Positions 1-13,000 of a stretch of 64,000 nucleotides of DNA are shown here, piece after piece. Position 1 is the first letter of the stretch. The number at the start of each line of letters is the position of its first letter. Both the position numbers and the translations under genes were made by a program. The DNA is from the human T2T-CHM13v2.0 reference genome, Homo sapiens. Under the pieces are notes generated by a model that was not told the origin of the DNA, did not search any database, and saw only the letters and a program-made list of their open reading frames with translations. The stretch lies in the NCBI RefSeq assembly GCF_009914755.1, contig NC_060935.1, one strand, 5' to 3'.

Positions 1-2940
1 ATCAGAGGAAGTGTACACTCTTCTTGTGATTTAGTTCAGGTGATATCTCAGGTGAGGAGGGGATGATATTACTTTCAATACCGCAGAGGGTGTACACACT
101 TCCTGTGATATTGTTTCTAATACCCGTTGCAGGAGAGGAGGATATTACTCCCAATATTGCAGGGAGAGTACACCCACTCTGTGATATCGTTTCTACTATC
201 CAAAGGGGAAGAGGCTTATATTACTCCCAATATCGTAGAAAGTGTATACCTACCCTGTGATACTGTTCCTAATATCCAGGGGGAGAGTTGAAGATATTAC
301 TCCCAATATCGCAGCAGGTGTACAAACCCCTGTGATTTTGTTCCTAATATTAAGGGTGAGGGGGGAAGGATGATATTACTCCCAGTATCACAGTGGGTAT
401 ACACCACCTTTGTAATATTGTTCCTAGTATCCAGAGGGCAAAAAGATGATATTACTCCCAATATCCCAGAAAGTGTACACCCCCCCTTCATAATATCCTG
501 GGGGGAGAGAATGATATAACTCCCAATATCACAAGAGGTGTACCTTCACCCTGTGATATTTTTCCTAATATACAGGGTGGGGAAGAATGTTATGACTCCC
601 AATATTGCATGGGGTGGACACCTCCAGTGTGATATTGTTTCTAATATCCATGGGGGAGAGGATGATATTACTCCAAATATTGCAGGGGTTATACACACCC
701 CCGTGATATTGTTACTATTATCAAGGAAGGAAGAGGATAATATTAATTCCAATATCGCTGGTGGTGTATACCCAACCTGTGATGTTGATCCTAATATCCA
801 AAGGGGGAGAGGATAATATTACTTTCAATATCGCATTTTGTACACCCCCTGTGATATTGTTCCTAACATCCAGGGGAAACAAGGATGATATTGCTCCCAA
901 TATCACAGGGGATGTACACCCCTCCATGATATTGTTCTTAATATCCATATGGGGAGAGGAAGATATTACTCCAAATATCTCAGGTGTTGTTCACACCCCC
1001 TGTGATATTGTCGCTCATATCCAGTGAGGGAGAAAATAATATTACTTCCAATATCCCAAGTGGGGTGTACCCCACCTGAGATATCATTCCTAATATCCAG
1101 GTAGGGAGAGGGTGATATTACTCCCAGTATCAAAGGGTGTGTACACTGCCCTTGTGGTGTGGTTTTTAATATCCAGGGGGTGAGAGGATATTACTCCCAA
1201 AGTAGCAGAGGGTGTACACTGCCCCTGTGATATTGTTCCTAATATCAAGGGGGGAGAAGATTATATTACTCCCAATATCACAAGGGTTGTACACCCCCTG
1301 TGATATTGTTCGTAATATCCAGGGAGGGAGAGGATGACATTACATTCAATATCACAAGAGGTGTACATCCCCACTGTGATATCGTTCCTACTATCCAAGA
1401 AGGGAGTGGATGATATTACTCCCAATATCGCAGTGGGTGTACGTTACCCCTGTGTTATAGTTTCTTATATTCAGGAGGGACAGGATAATATAACCCCAAA
1501 TTTGGCCGGTGGTTTGACCCCCCTTGTGATATTGTTCCTTATATCCCAGGGCGGGGAAGACAATAATACTGCCCTCAGTATCGCGGGAAATGTACGTCAC
1601 CCTGTGATATTTTTCCTAATATCCAGAGGGAGAGAGAATGATATTACTCCCAATATCGTAGAAGTGTACAGCCCCCCTGTGATATTGTTCTTAATATCCG
1701 TGGGGTGAGTATGATATTACTCCCAATATAGAAGGGGGAAGTACACCCTCCTGTGATACTGTTCCTAATATCCACCGGGGGTGAGAATGATATTACTCCC
1801 AATATCGCAGGAGGTGTACATCCCTCTGTCACATTGTTCGTAATGTTTAACGGGAAAGATAATATTACTCGAAATATCGTTAATACCCTGTGTGTCCACC
1901 CCCCTGTGATATAATTAGTAATATCCAGGGGGAGAGGAAGGTGATATTACTCCCCATGTCACGGGGGGTGTCCACCCTCCTGTGATATGATCCGTAATAT
2001 CCAGGGTGGGAGAGGGGGCGATATTACTCTCAATGTCGCGGGGGGTGTCCACCCCCCTGTGATATGGTTTGTAATATCCGGGGGCGGAGAGGGGCATGAT
2101 ATTACTCTCAATATCTTGCGCACCGTTTTTGTACACCCTCTCTGATATAGTTTGCAATATCCAGGAAGGGAGAGGATGATATTACTCCCCATATCGCAGG
2201 GGGTGTGCACCTCTCTGTGACAGCGTTTGTATTATCGGTGGGGAAGTGTATGATATAATTCCCTATATCGCAGAAGGTGTACACGCCCTTGTGATATTGT
2301 TCATAATATCCAGTTGGAGAGGGGATGATATTACTCCCCATTTGCAGGGGGCGGACACCCTTCTGTGATATTGTTCGTACTATCCGGGAGGTGGGGAGAG
2401 GATGATATTACTCTTCATATTGCAGGGAGTGTACACCCCCCTATGATATTTTTATTCTACCCAAGGGGGGTAGAGGTTGATATTACTCCCCATGACTCAG
2501 GGGTGTACACCCCCCTGTGATATTTTTTGTAATGTCCAAGGTGGGGCAGAGGATATTACTTCCCATGTCTGATAGGGTGTACACGCCTTTGTGATATTGT
2601 TTGTAATATCCAGAGTGGGAGAGGATGATATTACTTTCCATATTGTAGGAAGTGTACACCCCCTTGTCATATTGTTTGTAATATCCAGCGTGGAGAGGAT
2701 GATATTACTTCCCATATCAGAGGGGGTGTCCACCCAGTTGTGATAATGTTTGCAATATACAGGGGGTGAGAGAATGATATTACATCCCATATCACATGGG
2801 GTGTACACCCCCTTGTGGTATTGTTTGTAACATCTGGAAGGGAGAGGATAATATTACTCGCAATATCGCAGGGGGTGTACACCCCTTGTGATATTGCTTG
2901 TAGTATCTGTTGGGGAGAGGATGTTATTCCTCGCAATATC
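1..2940 (+). repeat. SATR1-type satellite, ~76-bp monomer (array continues past the window's left edge)
   Basis: Tandem diverged units GTGTACACCCCCTGTGATATTGTTCCTAATATCCAGGGGGAGAGGATGATATTACTCCCAATATCGCAGGGG. GTGTAC-like anchors at 11, 90, 166, 242, 318, 395 and 473 give a period of ~76. Confidence 0.88.
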
Positions 2941-4100
2941 TCAGTGCGTATACTCACTGGAATATTAGAAGTAATATCCTCGGGAGATATTACTCCTAAT
3001 TTCACAGTGGGTGTACACCCTGTGATATTATTTGTAATATCCTTGGGGTATGTTACTCCTCATGTGACAGCGGGTGTACATCCTGTGATATTATTTGTAT
3101 CATTTTTAGGGGGTGTTACTCCTAATGTACAGGGGGTGTTCACCCTGGGATATTATTGGTAATATCCTAGAGATATGTTACCGTAATGTCACAGGCAGTG
3201 TACACTTAGTGATACTATTCGTAATACCCTAGGAGGATGTTACTCCTAATGTCGCTGTGGGTGTACACTCTGTGATAATATTCGTAATATCCTAAGAGTA
3301 TGTTATTCCTAATGTCACAGCGTGATATTATTCCCAATATCCAAGGAGAATGCTACTCCTAATGTCACAGGGGGTGTAAACCCTGTAATAGTATTTGTAA
3401 TATTTTAGGGGGATGTTACTTGTAATGACACAGGGGGTGTACACCCTGTGATATTATTCATAATGTCTTAGAGGCATATTACTCTTAATGTCACAAAAGA
3501 TATACACCCTTTTATATTCTTCCTAATATCCTAGGGGCATGTTACTCCTAATGACACAGGGTGTGTACACTCCATGATATTATTCATAATATCCTAGGGG
3601 GGTGTTATTTTTAATGTCATAGGTGATGTACACCCTGTGATATTATTCATAATATTCTAGGGAGATATTACTTTAATGTCACAGAAGGTGTACACCCAGT
3701 GATATGATTTGTAATATTCTAGGGAGATGCTACTCCTAATATCACTGTGCATGTATACTGTGTGATATTATTTGTAACATCCTAGAAAGATATAACACCT
3801 AATATCACTGTGGGAGCACATCCTGTGATATTTTTTGTAATATCCTAGAAAGCTATTACTCCTAATATCACAGTTGGTTTACACCCTGTGATATTAAAAG
3901 AAATATCCTAAGTAGATACGACTCCTAATATCACACTTGGTGTACACTCTGTGATATAATTCCTAATATCCTAGGGAGACATTACTCCTAATATAACAGT
4001 GGGTGTTCACCCTGTTATATTATTTGTAACATCATAGGAAGATATTACTCCTAATATCATATTGGATGTACACCCTCTGATATTATTTGAAATATCCTAT
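2941..4100 (+). repeat. SATR2-type satellite, ~63-bp monomer
   Basis: Units GTGTACACCCTGTGATATTATTCGTAATATCCTAGGGGGATGTTACTCCTAATGTCACAGGGG. Anchors at 3011, 3074, 3136, 3198 and 3261 give a period of ~63. Confidence 0.82.
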
Positions 4101-4794
4101 GCCTTCATATAAACTTTTGCTTGCTAGATCAGTTCCTTGAGGAGAGAACTTCAGCTTTAAACATTCTAGTCCCTTCATGGCACCCAGAGGATACAGGAAA
4201 TGCCCCAGGTGCTCATAAGTGCCCAATAGTAGGTTCCCCTCATCAGTGAGCCTGGATTCAGGATGGGGGCCAAGAAGTAACTCAGTCTACTACATTCCTT
4301 GCCTCAGAACGAGAACCTTTAGGGAGATTTGAATATTTGAGGTCACAGGGACATTTCTCATATGGCAGAATCCTAACTTTCAGAATTTAGAGTTCCACAG
4401 CAGCTTTAAATGCCTGCAACACTAAATCCATTCTTTCTTTACTTTCCACTTACCAGATTTTCCTGGACCTGTTTTCTCTTCTCCAGAATCCCTTCATAGA
4501 CTCAAATGCTTCAGCAACTCCTTAAAATGTTTTTAAAATATTGACTTCCTAACGATTAACAGATGCAGACAAAGCCACAAGCTGTGGGTAGAAGAATATA
4601 AATCCAAATTTAATTCTGTATTAAAGAGCAAGGCTGCATTGTAATTCTCTAATTCTGCATTGTGTTGCAATGCTTGACACAAATGAAGGGGTTACCTTCT
4701 AAATACCTGAGTGACCGTGAAATCTGAGATCACTTGGGACCCCATGTCCATGACGAGTTTTTAAAATGTGTAATCATATAATAATCACGGTCAT

Positions 4795-4930
4795 TTATTT
4801 GGAATTGACTCTGTGCTTCACACTGTGCAGTTCTACATAAATCATTTTCTCTTCCAACAACTCTATGAGGTAATTGATCCTACCTTCATTTTACAGATGA
4901 TATTACCAAGACTGAGACACTGAGAGAATG
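4795..4930 (-). mobile_element. MIR SINE fragment
   Basis: aacaactctatgaggtaattg...cattttacagatga is the reverse complement of the MIR core. Confidence 0.65.
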
Positions 4931-5383
4931 GCCTTGAGATGTGACTGCAGCCATTACACACACTGTATAGCCCATGATGGTGATTATTTAAACTTGATTT
5001 TTTTTTTTTCCCCAAAGACTAGTGTTCCTGGCCTGACACAGGACTGAGCAAAGGCAGAAAGGCAGGGGGTAGTCGAGGCAGTGCTGGAAATCAGACAGCT
5101 GCAACAGGCTCACTCCTTATGGGAGAGGCAGTGTCACAGGAGGTTGTCAAGTTGGAGGCTGGCGGTTCATGTGTAGCAGAGGGGCTGACGCCACAGCACA
5201 GAGGAAGGACCACGTAGTCATGCCTAAGAAGCATGGCCAGTGGTGGCCAATGACAATCCTGGCCAACGACATCAGTCTCTCTGGAGCTGCCTTGAACAAT
5301 CACCAGCTCTCATGGTGGCTCTTGCCCAGCAGTGACTTTAAGGACACCTCTCATCATCTGGCAATTAGCAAAATTTTCCAGGG

Positions 5384-5897
5384 TGGATTAGTTTTCTATT
5401 GCTTCTATAACACATTACCACACACTTAGTAGCTTATGCAAGACTGATTTATTATCTTACAGATCTAGAGGTCAGAAGTCCCAAAATGGTTCTTATGAAC
5501 TATGATCAAGGTGTCAGCAGAGCTGTCTTGTTTCTGGAGGCTCTAGGAGAGCACCTTTTCCAGCTTCTAGAGGCTGGCCTCATTCCTTGGATGGTGGCCC
5601 TGTCCTTCATCTTTAAAGTCAACAGCTAGCATCTTCCAGTCTCTCTCTGAGTCTGCTTCCATCATCACACTGCCTTCTGTAAGTGTGATCTTCCTGTCTA
5701 CCTCTTAGAAGGACACTGTGATTGCTTTGGGCCCACACAGATAACTCAGGATCATTTTGCCATCTGAAAATGATCCATAACATAACCACATCTACAAAGT
5801 TCCTTTTTCCAGGTAAGGTAAAACATTCCCAGAGACTAAGATGTGACCATCTTTGGTGGTGGTAGGAGGGGACAGAGGCATTATTCTGACTACCACA
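5384..5897 (-). mobile_element. MaLR solo LTR (MLT1C-like)
   Basis: ttagttttctattgcttctataacacattaccacacacttagtagctta...agaggtcagaagtcccaaaatgg...attctgactaccaca. Confidence 0.8.
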
Positions 5898-5964
5898 CAA
5901 GGGAAGTAGCAAGAGACCAGTGTGTAATTTATCCTGGAGCTGGCCCTTCTGCTCTATGGAAGCA

Positions 5965-6190
5965 TCACGGTACAGTGGGGAGGCCATAGGCTTTGGAGCC
6001 AGGCAAGTTGAGGTTTCAATTCCCAGTTCTACTATATGTGGTCTTGAGCAAGTTACTTAAGTCCTCAACTTCTTTGAGTTTCAGTGTATGCTTGTGGGGA
6101 TGACCGTAGTAATGACTAGGGTTATTATATCACTTGGAGGTAACATATGCAAAGCGCCTGGTACATTCTTAATAAATGAGGGGCTATCAT
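5965..6190 (+). mobile_element. MIR SINE
   Basis: ggctttggagccagg...tcttgagcaagttacttaa...aaagcgcctggtacattcttaataaatg. Confidence 0.75.
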
Positions 6191-7269
6191 CACTGTCACT
6201 CTGATGTTGTTTCAGCAAGTTCTGTGAGTGTGGTGATGGAAATGCTAAATCCATGTTCTGTGAAGCAGAATGCCTCCTTGCTGGGCCTCAGTGGCAATGC
6301 CAACTGTAGCCTTCTTTGCCAAAGGACAGGCAGGTAGAGCTGCAGGAGGGAGAAAGCAAGCTGTTGTACAAAGCTCAAGATATAGCTGGGTTCTGTTTGA
6401 TCATCAGTTAGCAGGTTTATGCTCATCCACTTGTTGGCAGTTTCTACTCAGATGGCCAATTCCTGGCTTTGGTCCCACTGAGGACTCCGTGGACAGTGCT
6501 GCCAGCTCAGGTCCCTACTCCTCCCCACCTAATTCTGACAAGGTGTTCTCATGCTCCTTGGAAACATCAAGACCAGACTAAGCAGACAGCTAATTGCAAA
6601 TTCATTTTCCCTGCATGAAACAAATGGAAAAAGCCAACAGCTTACACAAAGTCCTTTGAATTGAAGTTGCAAATGCTTCTCACAGAAGTCCACATGCGAT
6701 TAAAAAACCATAGGCCTGAGAGACTGGGCATCAGTCATCATTTCTTCCATTTTACAGATGGGGATGTCTGGGAGTCACGCTTCATATTGCTGGAACAAGA
6801 GACAAGCCTAATCTCCTCACTTCTTGTGTGGCCTCCTAAATCTAAATTGGGCTGGGGTATTTCAAAGGTTGAGGTTCAGCCTGATCTTTTTCAATTTTTT
6901 CTTGCATTTAAAAACAGAGCCACAAAGGGGTGATATCCAGCCCCTCAAAGTGGTAAGTTATCCTATGACTCAGCCTGATTGTGAAGTGCAACCCTCTAGA
7001 GTAAACCCAACATTACTGCTGCCAATACGACCACCACCCTTCATCCAGAGAAGTACATGACAAGAGAAATGTGAGTGATACAACCGTAATGCTCTGAGTA
7101 CAGGGGTGGGGAGCTGCAGTCAGTAAGGAGAATGGTAGGGTACAGGAGTGAAGGGGTCAGTGCATGCAGGGTAAAATGACATTAGGAGAGATTACGCTCT
7201 TATAATTACATAGAGGACTACCTGCCTATTTAAGCAACATCACCCTATGACTAAATTCATTTATTTAAA

Positions 7270-7390
7270 ATCCATTCATCATCTATTCATTCATGAATCA
7301 ACTTTTCAAGTCAGCATTCATTGAACACCTTTTATATATGCCAGGCACTGCATTAGACTCTGGGTATTTAAGGATGAGCAAGATACCCAT
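7270..7390 (-). mobile_element. L2 3' end
   Basis: cattcattc repeats followed by ttgaacacc...tgccaggcactg. Confidence 0.7.
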
Positions 7391-7811
7391 TGCTATGATT
7401 TCAATGTGGTTTGTTTGTCACCAACAAATCTAATGTTGAAATTTGATCCCAGTGTTGGAAATGGGGCCTAATGAGAGGTATTTGGGTCATGGAGTAGAAT
7501 CCCTCATGAATAGATTGATGCCCTCTCTTGGGTGTGAGTGAGTTCTTACTCTACTAGTTCCCATGAGAGCTGCTTGTTAAAAAGAGTCCCCCACCCATCT
7601 CTTGCTTCCTCTCTCACCACGTGATCTCCACATACACCAGCTCCCTTTCACCTTCTGCCATGAGTGGAAGCAGCCTGGGGCCTTCGCCAGGTGCAAATGC
7701 CCAATCTTGAACTTTCCAGCCATCAGAATCATGAGCCAAGTAAGGCCTTTTCCTTTATAAATCACCCAGCTTCAGGTATTCCTTTATAGCAACACAAAAC
7801 AAACTAAGTCA
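7391..7811 (+). mobile_element. MaLR solo LTR (MSTB-like)
   Basis: TG...CA termini (tgctatgatt...aactaagtca), 5-bp TSD CCCAT on both sides, MST body. Confidence 0.88.
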
Positions 7812-7939
7812 CCCATTGTGCCCTAGAGAAAGAGACTCAGTACATCAGTGATGTGGCAGATACAGAACCAGGGTATCTAATCTAGCTTCATCCCCGAGCA
7901 GAAATGTCTTCACATATACTAGTGAGTTTCTATATCTTT

Positions 7940-8275
7940 GTTAACCTCACTCTTACCATCTGGAATGCTCTCCCTCACAACTTCTCTGTGATAAAACCAC
8001 CTTCATCCTTAAGGGCCTGGCACAAGGCCTCCTTCTCCTTAAAACCTCCCCAAGCTGGCTCTCAAAACTATTCTCTCATGCCTCTGTGTTCCCACAATGC
8101 CTTGCACCTGAAATTTAGGCTCTATCAGGGCTGATTTCCATGGGAACTGTGGTTTACAACTGTCTCCTAGATCAAACCCACAGTGTCTTAAGAACAGAGT
8201 GTCATAAGGACAGGGCCTTGCCTTCATCATCTTTGTAGAGTGTACATACTGAGGAAGGGATCAATAAATGAATGG
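7940..8275 (+). mobile_element. L2 3' fragment
   Basis: tggaatgctctccc...aaggacagggcc...tcaataaatgaatgg. Confidence 0.6.
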
Positions 8276-8373
8276 CAAGATGCTTTACTCTTCTCCCAAC
8301 TTTCTTTCAGGGGTATAACAACCATCCTCCTTCTGAGACCCTAGTATACACCAAGCTATGAAAATAAAAGATA

Positions 8374-8668
8374 AGCCAGGCACAGTGGCTCATGCCTGTA
8401 ATCCCAGCACTTTGAGAGGCCAAGGCTGGAGAATTGCTTGAGCCCAGGAGTTTGAGATCAGCCTGGGCAACATAGTGAGACCCTGTCTCTACAAAAAATA
8501 AAATAAGTTGAGTGTGCTGGCAAGTGCTTATAGTCCCAGCTACTTGGGAGGTTGAAGAAGGAGGGTCGCTTGAGCCCAGGAGGCTAAGGCTGCAGTGAGC
8601 TGAGGTTGTGCCACTGCACTCCAGCCAGTGACAGAGTGAGACCCTACCTCAAAAAAAAAAAAAAAAAT
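8374..8668 (+). mobile_element. AluJ
   Basis: Dimeric Alu with gcttgagcccaggag diagnostics and poly(A) tail. Confidence 0.92.
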
Positions 8669-9597
8669 ACAACAGAGGATTTTGTAATGTGAGTGGAGGT
8701 ATGGAAAAGAAGTGAAGGCCACTGAAGCACAACTTGAAAGAATATGCTAGGAGGCTACTCGCCTCGGCCCCTCTTCACCTCAGGGACCCCACTACAGCTC
8801 CACAACACATAATGAATGATAATTCAAGCCAAAGGCCAAGGAGGAAAAAAAAGTGAAGCCTAGGGGACATGGGAGCGAAAGGCTGAGCAAAGGCATTTGA
8901 GACCACAAGGAGCTGTGGGAGAGGACAGGAGAGGCTCCCAAGAGACCCTCAGAGCATTCATGAGCATGAAGGACAAAGGCTGAGCACACCCTGTGAACTC
9001 AATGGAGTGAAAGAAGCACTGACCATTCTCTAGTCAACATGAGACTTTGGTGGGTTCCTTGAGTGAGAAAGAGAAAACTGTTCTTCATCTCCTTCTGGGT
9101 TCCATGTGGTATGCTGGCTGAACAATAGCAAGTATGGATGATGGAGGCTGCACTGATCCACACTCAGTGGTTAAGAGCAGGGAAAGAGGTTATAAATGTT
9201 GTTGAAAGAGCAAAGGAATGACACATTCATTTATGTAAGGGGGCTTGACCGATATTAGGAGGAACAAGGGAACTCCTAGCCCCACAAGGCACTGGGTGAC
9301 TTTTTATTATAGGGACCCCAGACATTGCAAAGACTCCTTCCCAGTCTCCCTTTGACCCTGTGTAGCCAAGAAAATGCCCTTGAGCACCATCTAATTTAGG
9401 TCATTGCATGCCATGGGATTCCTTGCAGCCTGTCACATCTTACTCTGGGAGGAGTGGCAAGGAAGTTAGTTGTCTGGATCTAACTAGCCCTAGAGAGGCA
9501 GCTTGCATAGAGGGAAGCAAAGCACTTTGGAATCAGAACACTTGGGTTGAAATCTTTCTCTGTCACTTCCCAACTCAGATTCTGTATAAATTTCTGT

Positions 9598-9860
9598 TTG
9601 TTTTTGAGACAGTGTGTCACCCTGTCACCCAGGCTGAAGTGCAGTAGTGCGATCACGGCTCACTGCAGCCTCAACCTCCCAGGCTCAGGTGATCCTCCCA
9701 CCTCAGCCTTCTGAGTAGCTGGGACTACAGACTTGCACCACCATGCCCAGCTAACCTTTTGTATTTTTTGTAGAGATAGAGTTTTGCCATGTTGCCCGGG
9801 CTGCTCTAAAAGTCCTGGAGTCAAGCGATCTGCCTGCCTCAGCCTCCCAAAGTGCCACTG
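9598..9860 (-). mobile_element. AluJ, 5' end slightly deleted, next to a MIR fragment (~9500-9580)
   Basis: tttttgagacag...cactgcagcctcaacctcccaggctcagg...cctcccaaagtgc. Confidence 0.9.
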
Positions 9861-10129
9861 CTCCCTGCCAATTTTGGATAAGTTTTTAATGACTCTGAAA
9901 TTCATTTGGAGTGAAAAACAGACATAATGTCAGCTATGCAAATGACTGTTGTGAGAAGAAAAGTAGGTAGACAAACATAACAGATTTGACAGAACATCGT
10001 TTGGAATGTAGTCAGTATTTAATAAATGGCAGATAATAACATGAGGGAGACTAAATACCATGATGTATCTAGAAAGCAGCAGCCATGATACATGAAGTTC
10101 ACAGAAGTCATTTTCTGGTTCACATTTCA

Positions 10130-10380
10130 TCCACATCTACATTCCTTTATCAAACATCAACTGGGCACCTATCAAGGGTTAGACACTATTTTAGGAGCAG
10201 AGGATATAGCTTTGAATGAGACAGACATGGGCCCCGCCTTCAAGTTGCTCCGAGCCTAATGAGAGAGGCAAACAATCACTGAAATCTGCCATGGTAAGTA
10301 CTAGAAATGGCATTGTTCCCAGGGCACCAACGAGAAAGGGCTTGACTGTTTGGGGAAATGGGAAGAGGAGAGAGGCTCAA
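10130..10380 (-). mobile_element. L2 3' fragment
   Basis: caaacatcaactgggcacctat...gaatgagacagacatgggccccgccttcaag. Confidence 0.6.
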
Positions 10381-10921
10381 AGGAGTTAAATGATGTGTCC
10401 AAGGTTACAGAGCTGGATTAACTTCTGCAATGCCTCTCAAACGTGATGGTTTAGCTGCCTCATCATGCATCATAGCATCATAGTGCTCACCACCACCAAC
10501 TGCAATTGTCCCACCAGGAGATGGAGCCCAGGAATCTTCCAGATACTCACGCAGCACCTCTCAGATTGGTCACTGTGAAATAAGCACCGTGTCTCCTAGA
10601 TTATGAGCACTTTGAGGGCAAGAGCTACATATCTTTCAGAGCCCAACACAGGGTTTGAAACACAGTACGTCGTCAGTAAATATTGAATACTGAATTAATA
10701 AGTGAGTGGTACTCACAGAGTTTAACTGATTTGCACAAGATTACTTGGCTAATAAGCAGCAGGGCTGGTGCAGATACAAGTTCTCTGACTCTCTCTTTCA
10801 ACACTGAGTAAAGGGAAAAAATGAACAACCAGTGAATGACTCCGCCTGGCCTGGAAGAGAAAAGATTCAAATGATCTTTTTTTCCCCAAATCGTTTTCAC
10901 AGATTATGATATGGCTCCATC

Positions 10922-10938
10922 TGACCAGCAGAGGGCAG
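10922..10938 (+). promoter_or_regulatory. Candidate CTCF binding site
   Basis: TGACCAGCAGAGGGCAG fits the CTCF core TGRCCASYAGRKGGCRS and lies in non-repeat sequence. Confidence 0.65.
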
Positions 10939-11299
10939 GCTTGGATGGAACTAGCATCCCAGGCCCTCTGACCAGAGTCATCATCTGTGCCTTGGCGCTA
11001 CAGAGATGGTGATTTTTTTTTTTTAAGGGAGGGGAAAAAACAACAACAAAACCTACCAGAGCTGAAAGTCTTTTCCAAATTATCCCACCTATGTCAACAT
11101 CCTGTCGTATTTATTGGATGGTTGGATCTGGATAGAAATAGGGCCTCGTACTGTGTTTAGTTCCCTGGATCCCTCGTAACCTATTTCCTTTTATCAGCCC
11201 AAAAGTAGCTTTAATCTATTCTCCTTTGGCAGAGATGGGGGTGAGCTAGAACAGGCATGGAGGGGAGGGGTAGACAAATAAGTCAGGAAAAGCTTCTGC

Positions 11300-12530
11300 T
11301 TAGATGGTAACATTTACTTTTTGTCAAATTTAAAACATTTTTGACCTTTATATTTTCAAAAGCGTTTTTCAATCCTTTTCATACTCTTCAGGGATTCCAA
11401 TTACATATACCTTATATCACCTGAAATTGTCCCACAGGTCGATATGATTCTGTTTATTTATCAATCTTCCTTTCATCTGTGCATCAATTTTTTGTAGTTT
11501 CTTTTGATTTGTCTTCAAGTTTATTACCCCTTTCTTCTGCAGTGTCCAATCTTCTCTTTAACCCATCCAGTAAATTGTTCATTTCCAGTCTTGTATTTTT
11601 CAGTTCTACAATTGTCATTTGGTTTTTATAGTTTTAATTGTTGAGCTAAAATTCCTAATCTGCAATCATTCTGTCCACCTTTCTTTCAAATTCTTAAACA
11701 CATTTATAATAGTTGTTTTAAAGTCTTTGTCTGCTAACTCCTACATCCATGTCATCTCTGGGACTATTTATATTGACAATTTTTTTCCTGATTATGAATT
11801 ACATTTTCTAGCTTTTTTCATATCTAGTAATTTTTTATTATACACTGGACCAGCTGAATTGGAGCGCTTAGACTATATTTTCCTTTGAAGAGCATGGAGT
11901 TTTATTTTAGCACGCACTTAAGCTACTAGCAGATCATCTTGATCCTACTGAGGCTTGGTTTTATGCCTTTTTAGGGTGGGTGTAGAGTTGCCCTTACTTC
12001 AGGCAATGATCCTTAATTCTAAAATGTGGTCTTTTTAACATCTCAGTTAAATTCTCTGAGTTTTCGATGGGATTTCTTCACTTTAAATGGTTGGAATGTC
12101 AACATCTCCAAGCACTGTGTGACCTCTGGAATCATTGTTCAGTTCTCAGCTCACCAGGAACTCTTCTCTTTTAGGCCTTGTGTAGTCTTACCCTGCATAT
12201 ATGCAGCTTAGTTTTCAAAGACCCAATGGGTTCTCTCTGCATATTTTTAAAGTTCCTGCTCTGTACAGTATTCTCTTCTCCAGTACCCTGTCCCACAAAT
12301 TCTGGCCACCTCAGTAGCCCCAAACTCTATTTCTATTTCTTCCACTCAGCAAAACATCAGAGAACTGCAATCTCTTCCCAAATCATTTTGTAAGTTTCTC
12401 TTCTGTTAAGCCTCACAATCGTGTGACTTCTAACCTCCAATGACTGACAACAATTGCCTCATATATTTTATTCCATTTTGTTGTCATTGATAGTGGGAGG
12501 AGAACTCTGATATTCATAACTCTACATTGG
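11300..12530 (-). mobile_element. Old L1M 5'/ORF1-region fragment
   Basis: tcttcagggattccaattacatat...gtcttcaagtttattacccctttcttctgcagtgtccaatct; T-rich, degraded. Confidence 0.75.
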
Positions 12531-12764
12531 GAGATATAGAAAGTCAGGAGGTAACATTTAAGCTGAGACTCATAAGATGACAAGAAGCCAACTATGCAGA
12601 AAGCCACAGGAATAACATGTTCAGGCAGAAGGGTCAACATGTACACAGGCCAGATAGCAAAGCTTGCTATATTTCTCTCCAGAGAAAATATGTATATATG
12701 TGTGACTGTATTTGTGTGCACACATAGGTTGGTAAACATCTATGTAACTAAAGCTATCTCAAAT

Positions 12765-13000
12765 GGCATAATAGTAAAAGCATGGGCTCTGGAATCAAAC
12801 ATCCCAGGGGCAAATCCTGCCACTTACAATTAGCAGTAAGGGGTGTTCAGCAATTCACTTAACTCTTGGTTTCAACTCTTTCTTGTGTCAAATGAGGCTT
12901 GTTACATACATGCAGCAGGACTCTCGTGGGGATTAAATGTGATAATGTATGTTAAGTATCTAGCAAGATAATGGAATAAATAGTATATAATGTGTTATTA
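12765..13000 (+). mobile_element. MIR SINE
   Basis: catgggctctggaatcaaac...ggattaaatgtgataatgtatg. Confidence 0.75.

Noticed and set aside
1-4100. Palindromic repeats with regular spacing resembling a CRISPR array, plus many ORFs
   Set aside because: The spacers are homologous to each other, there are no cas genes and the context is primate. The ORFs are translations of satellite monomers.
8361-8378. AAAAGATAAGCCA matches the insert in the SVA A tail (about 21238-21250)
   Set aside because: It is only 13 low-complexity bases, so chance is a sufficient explanation.
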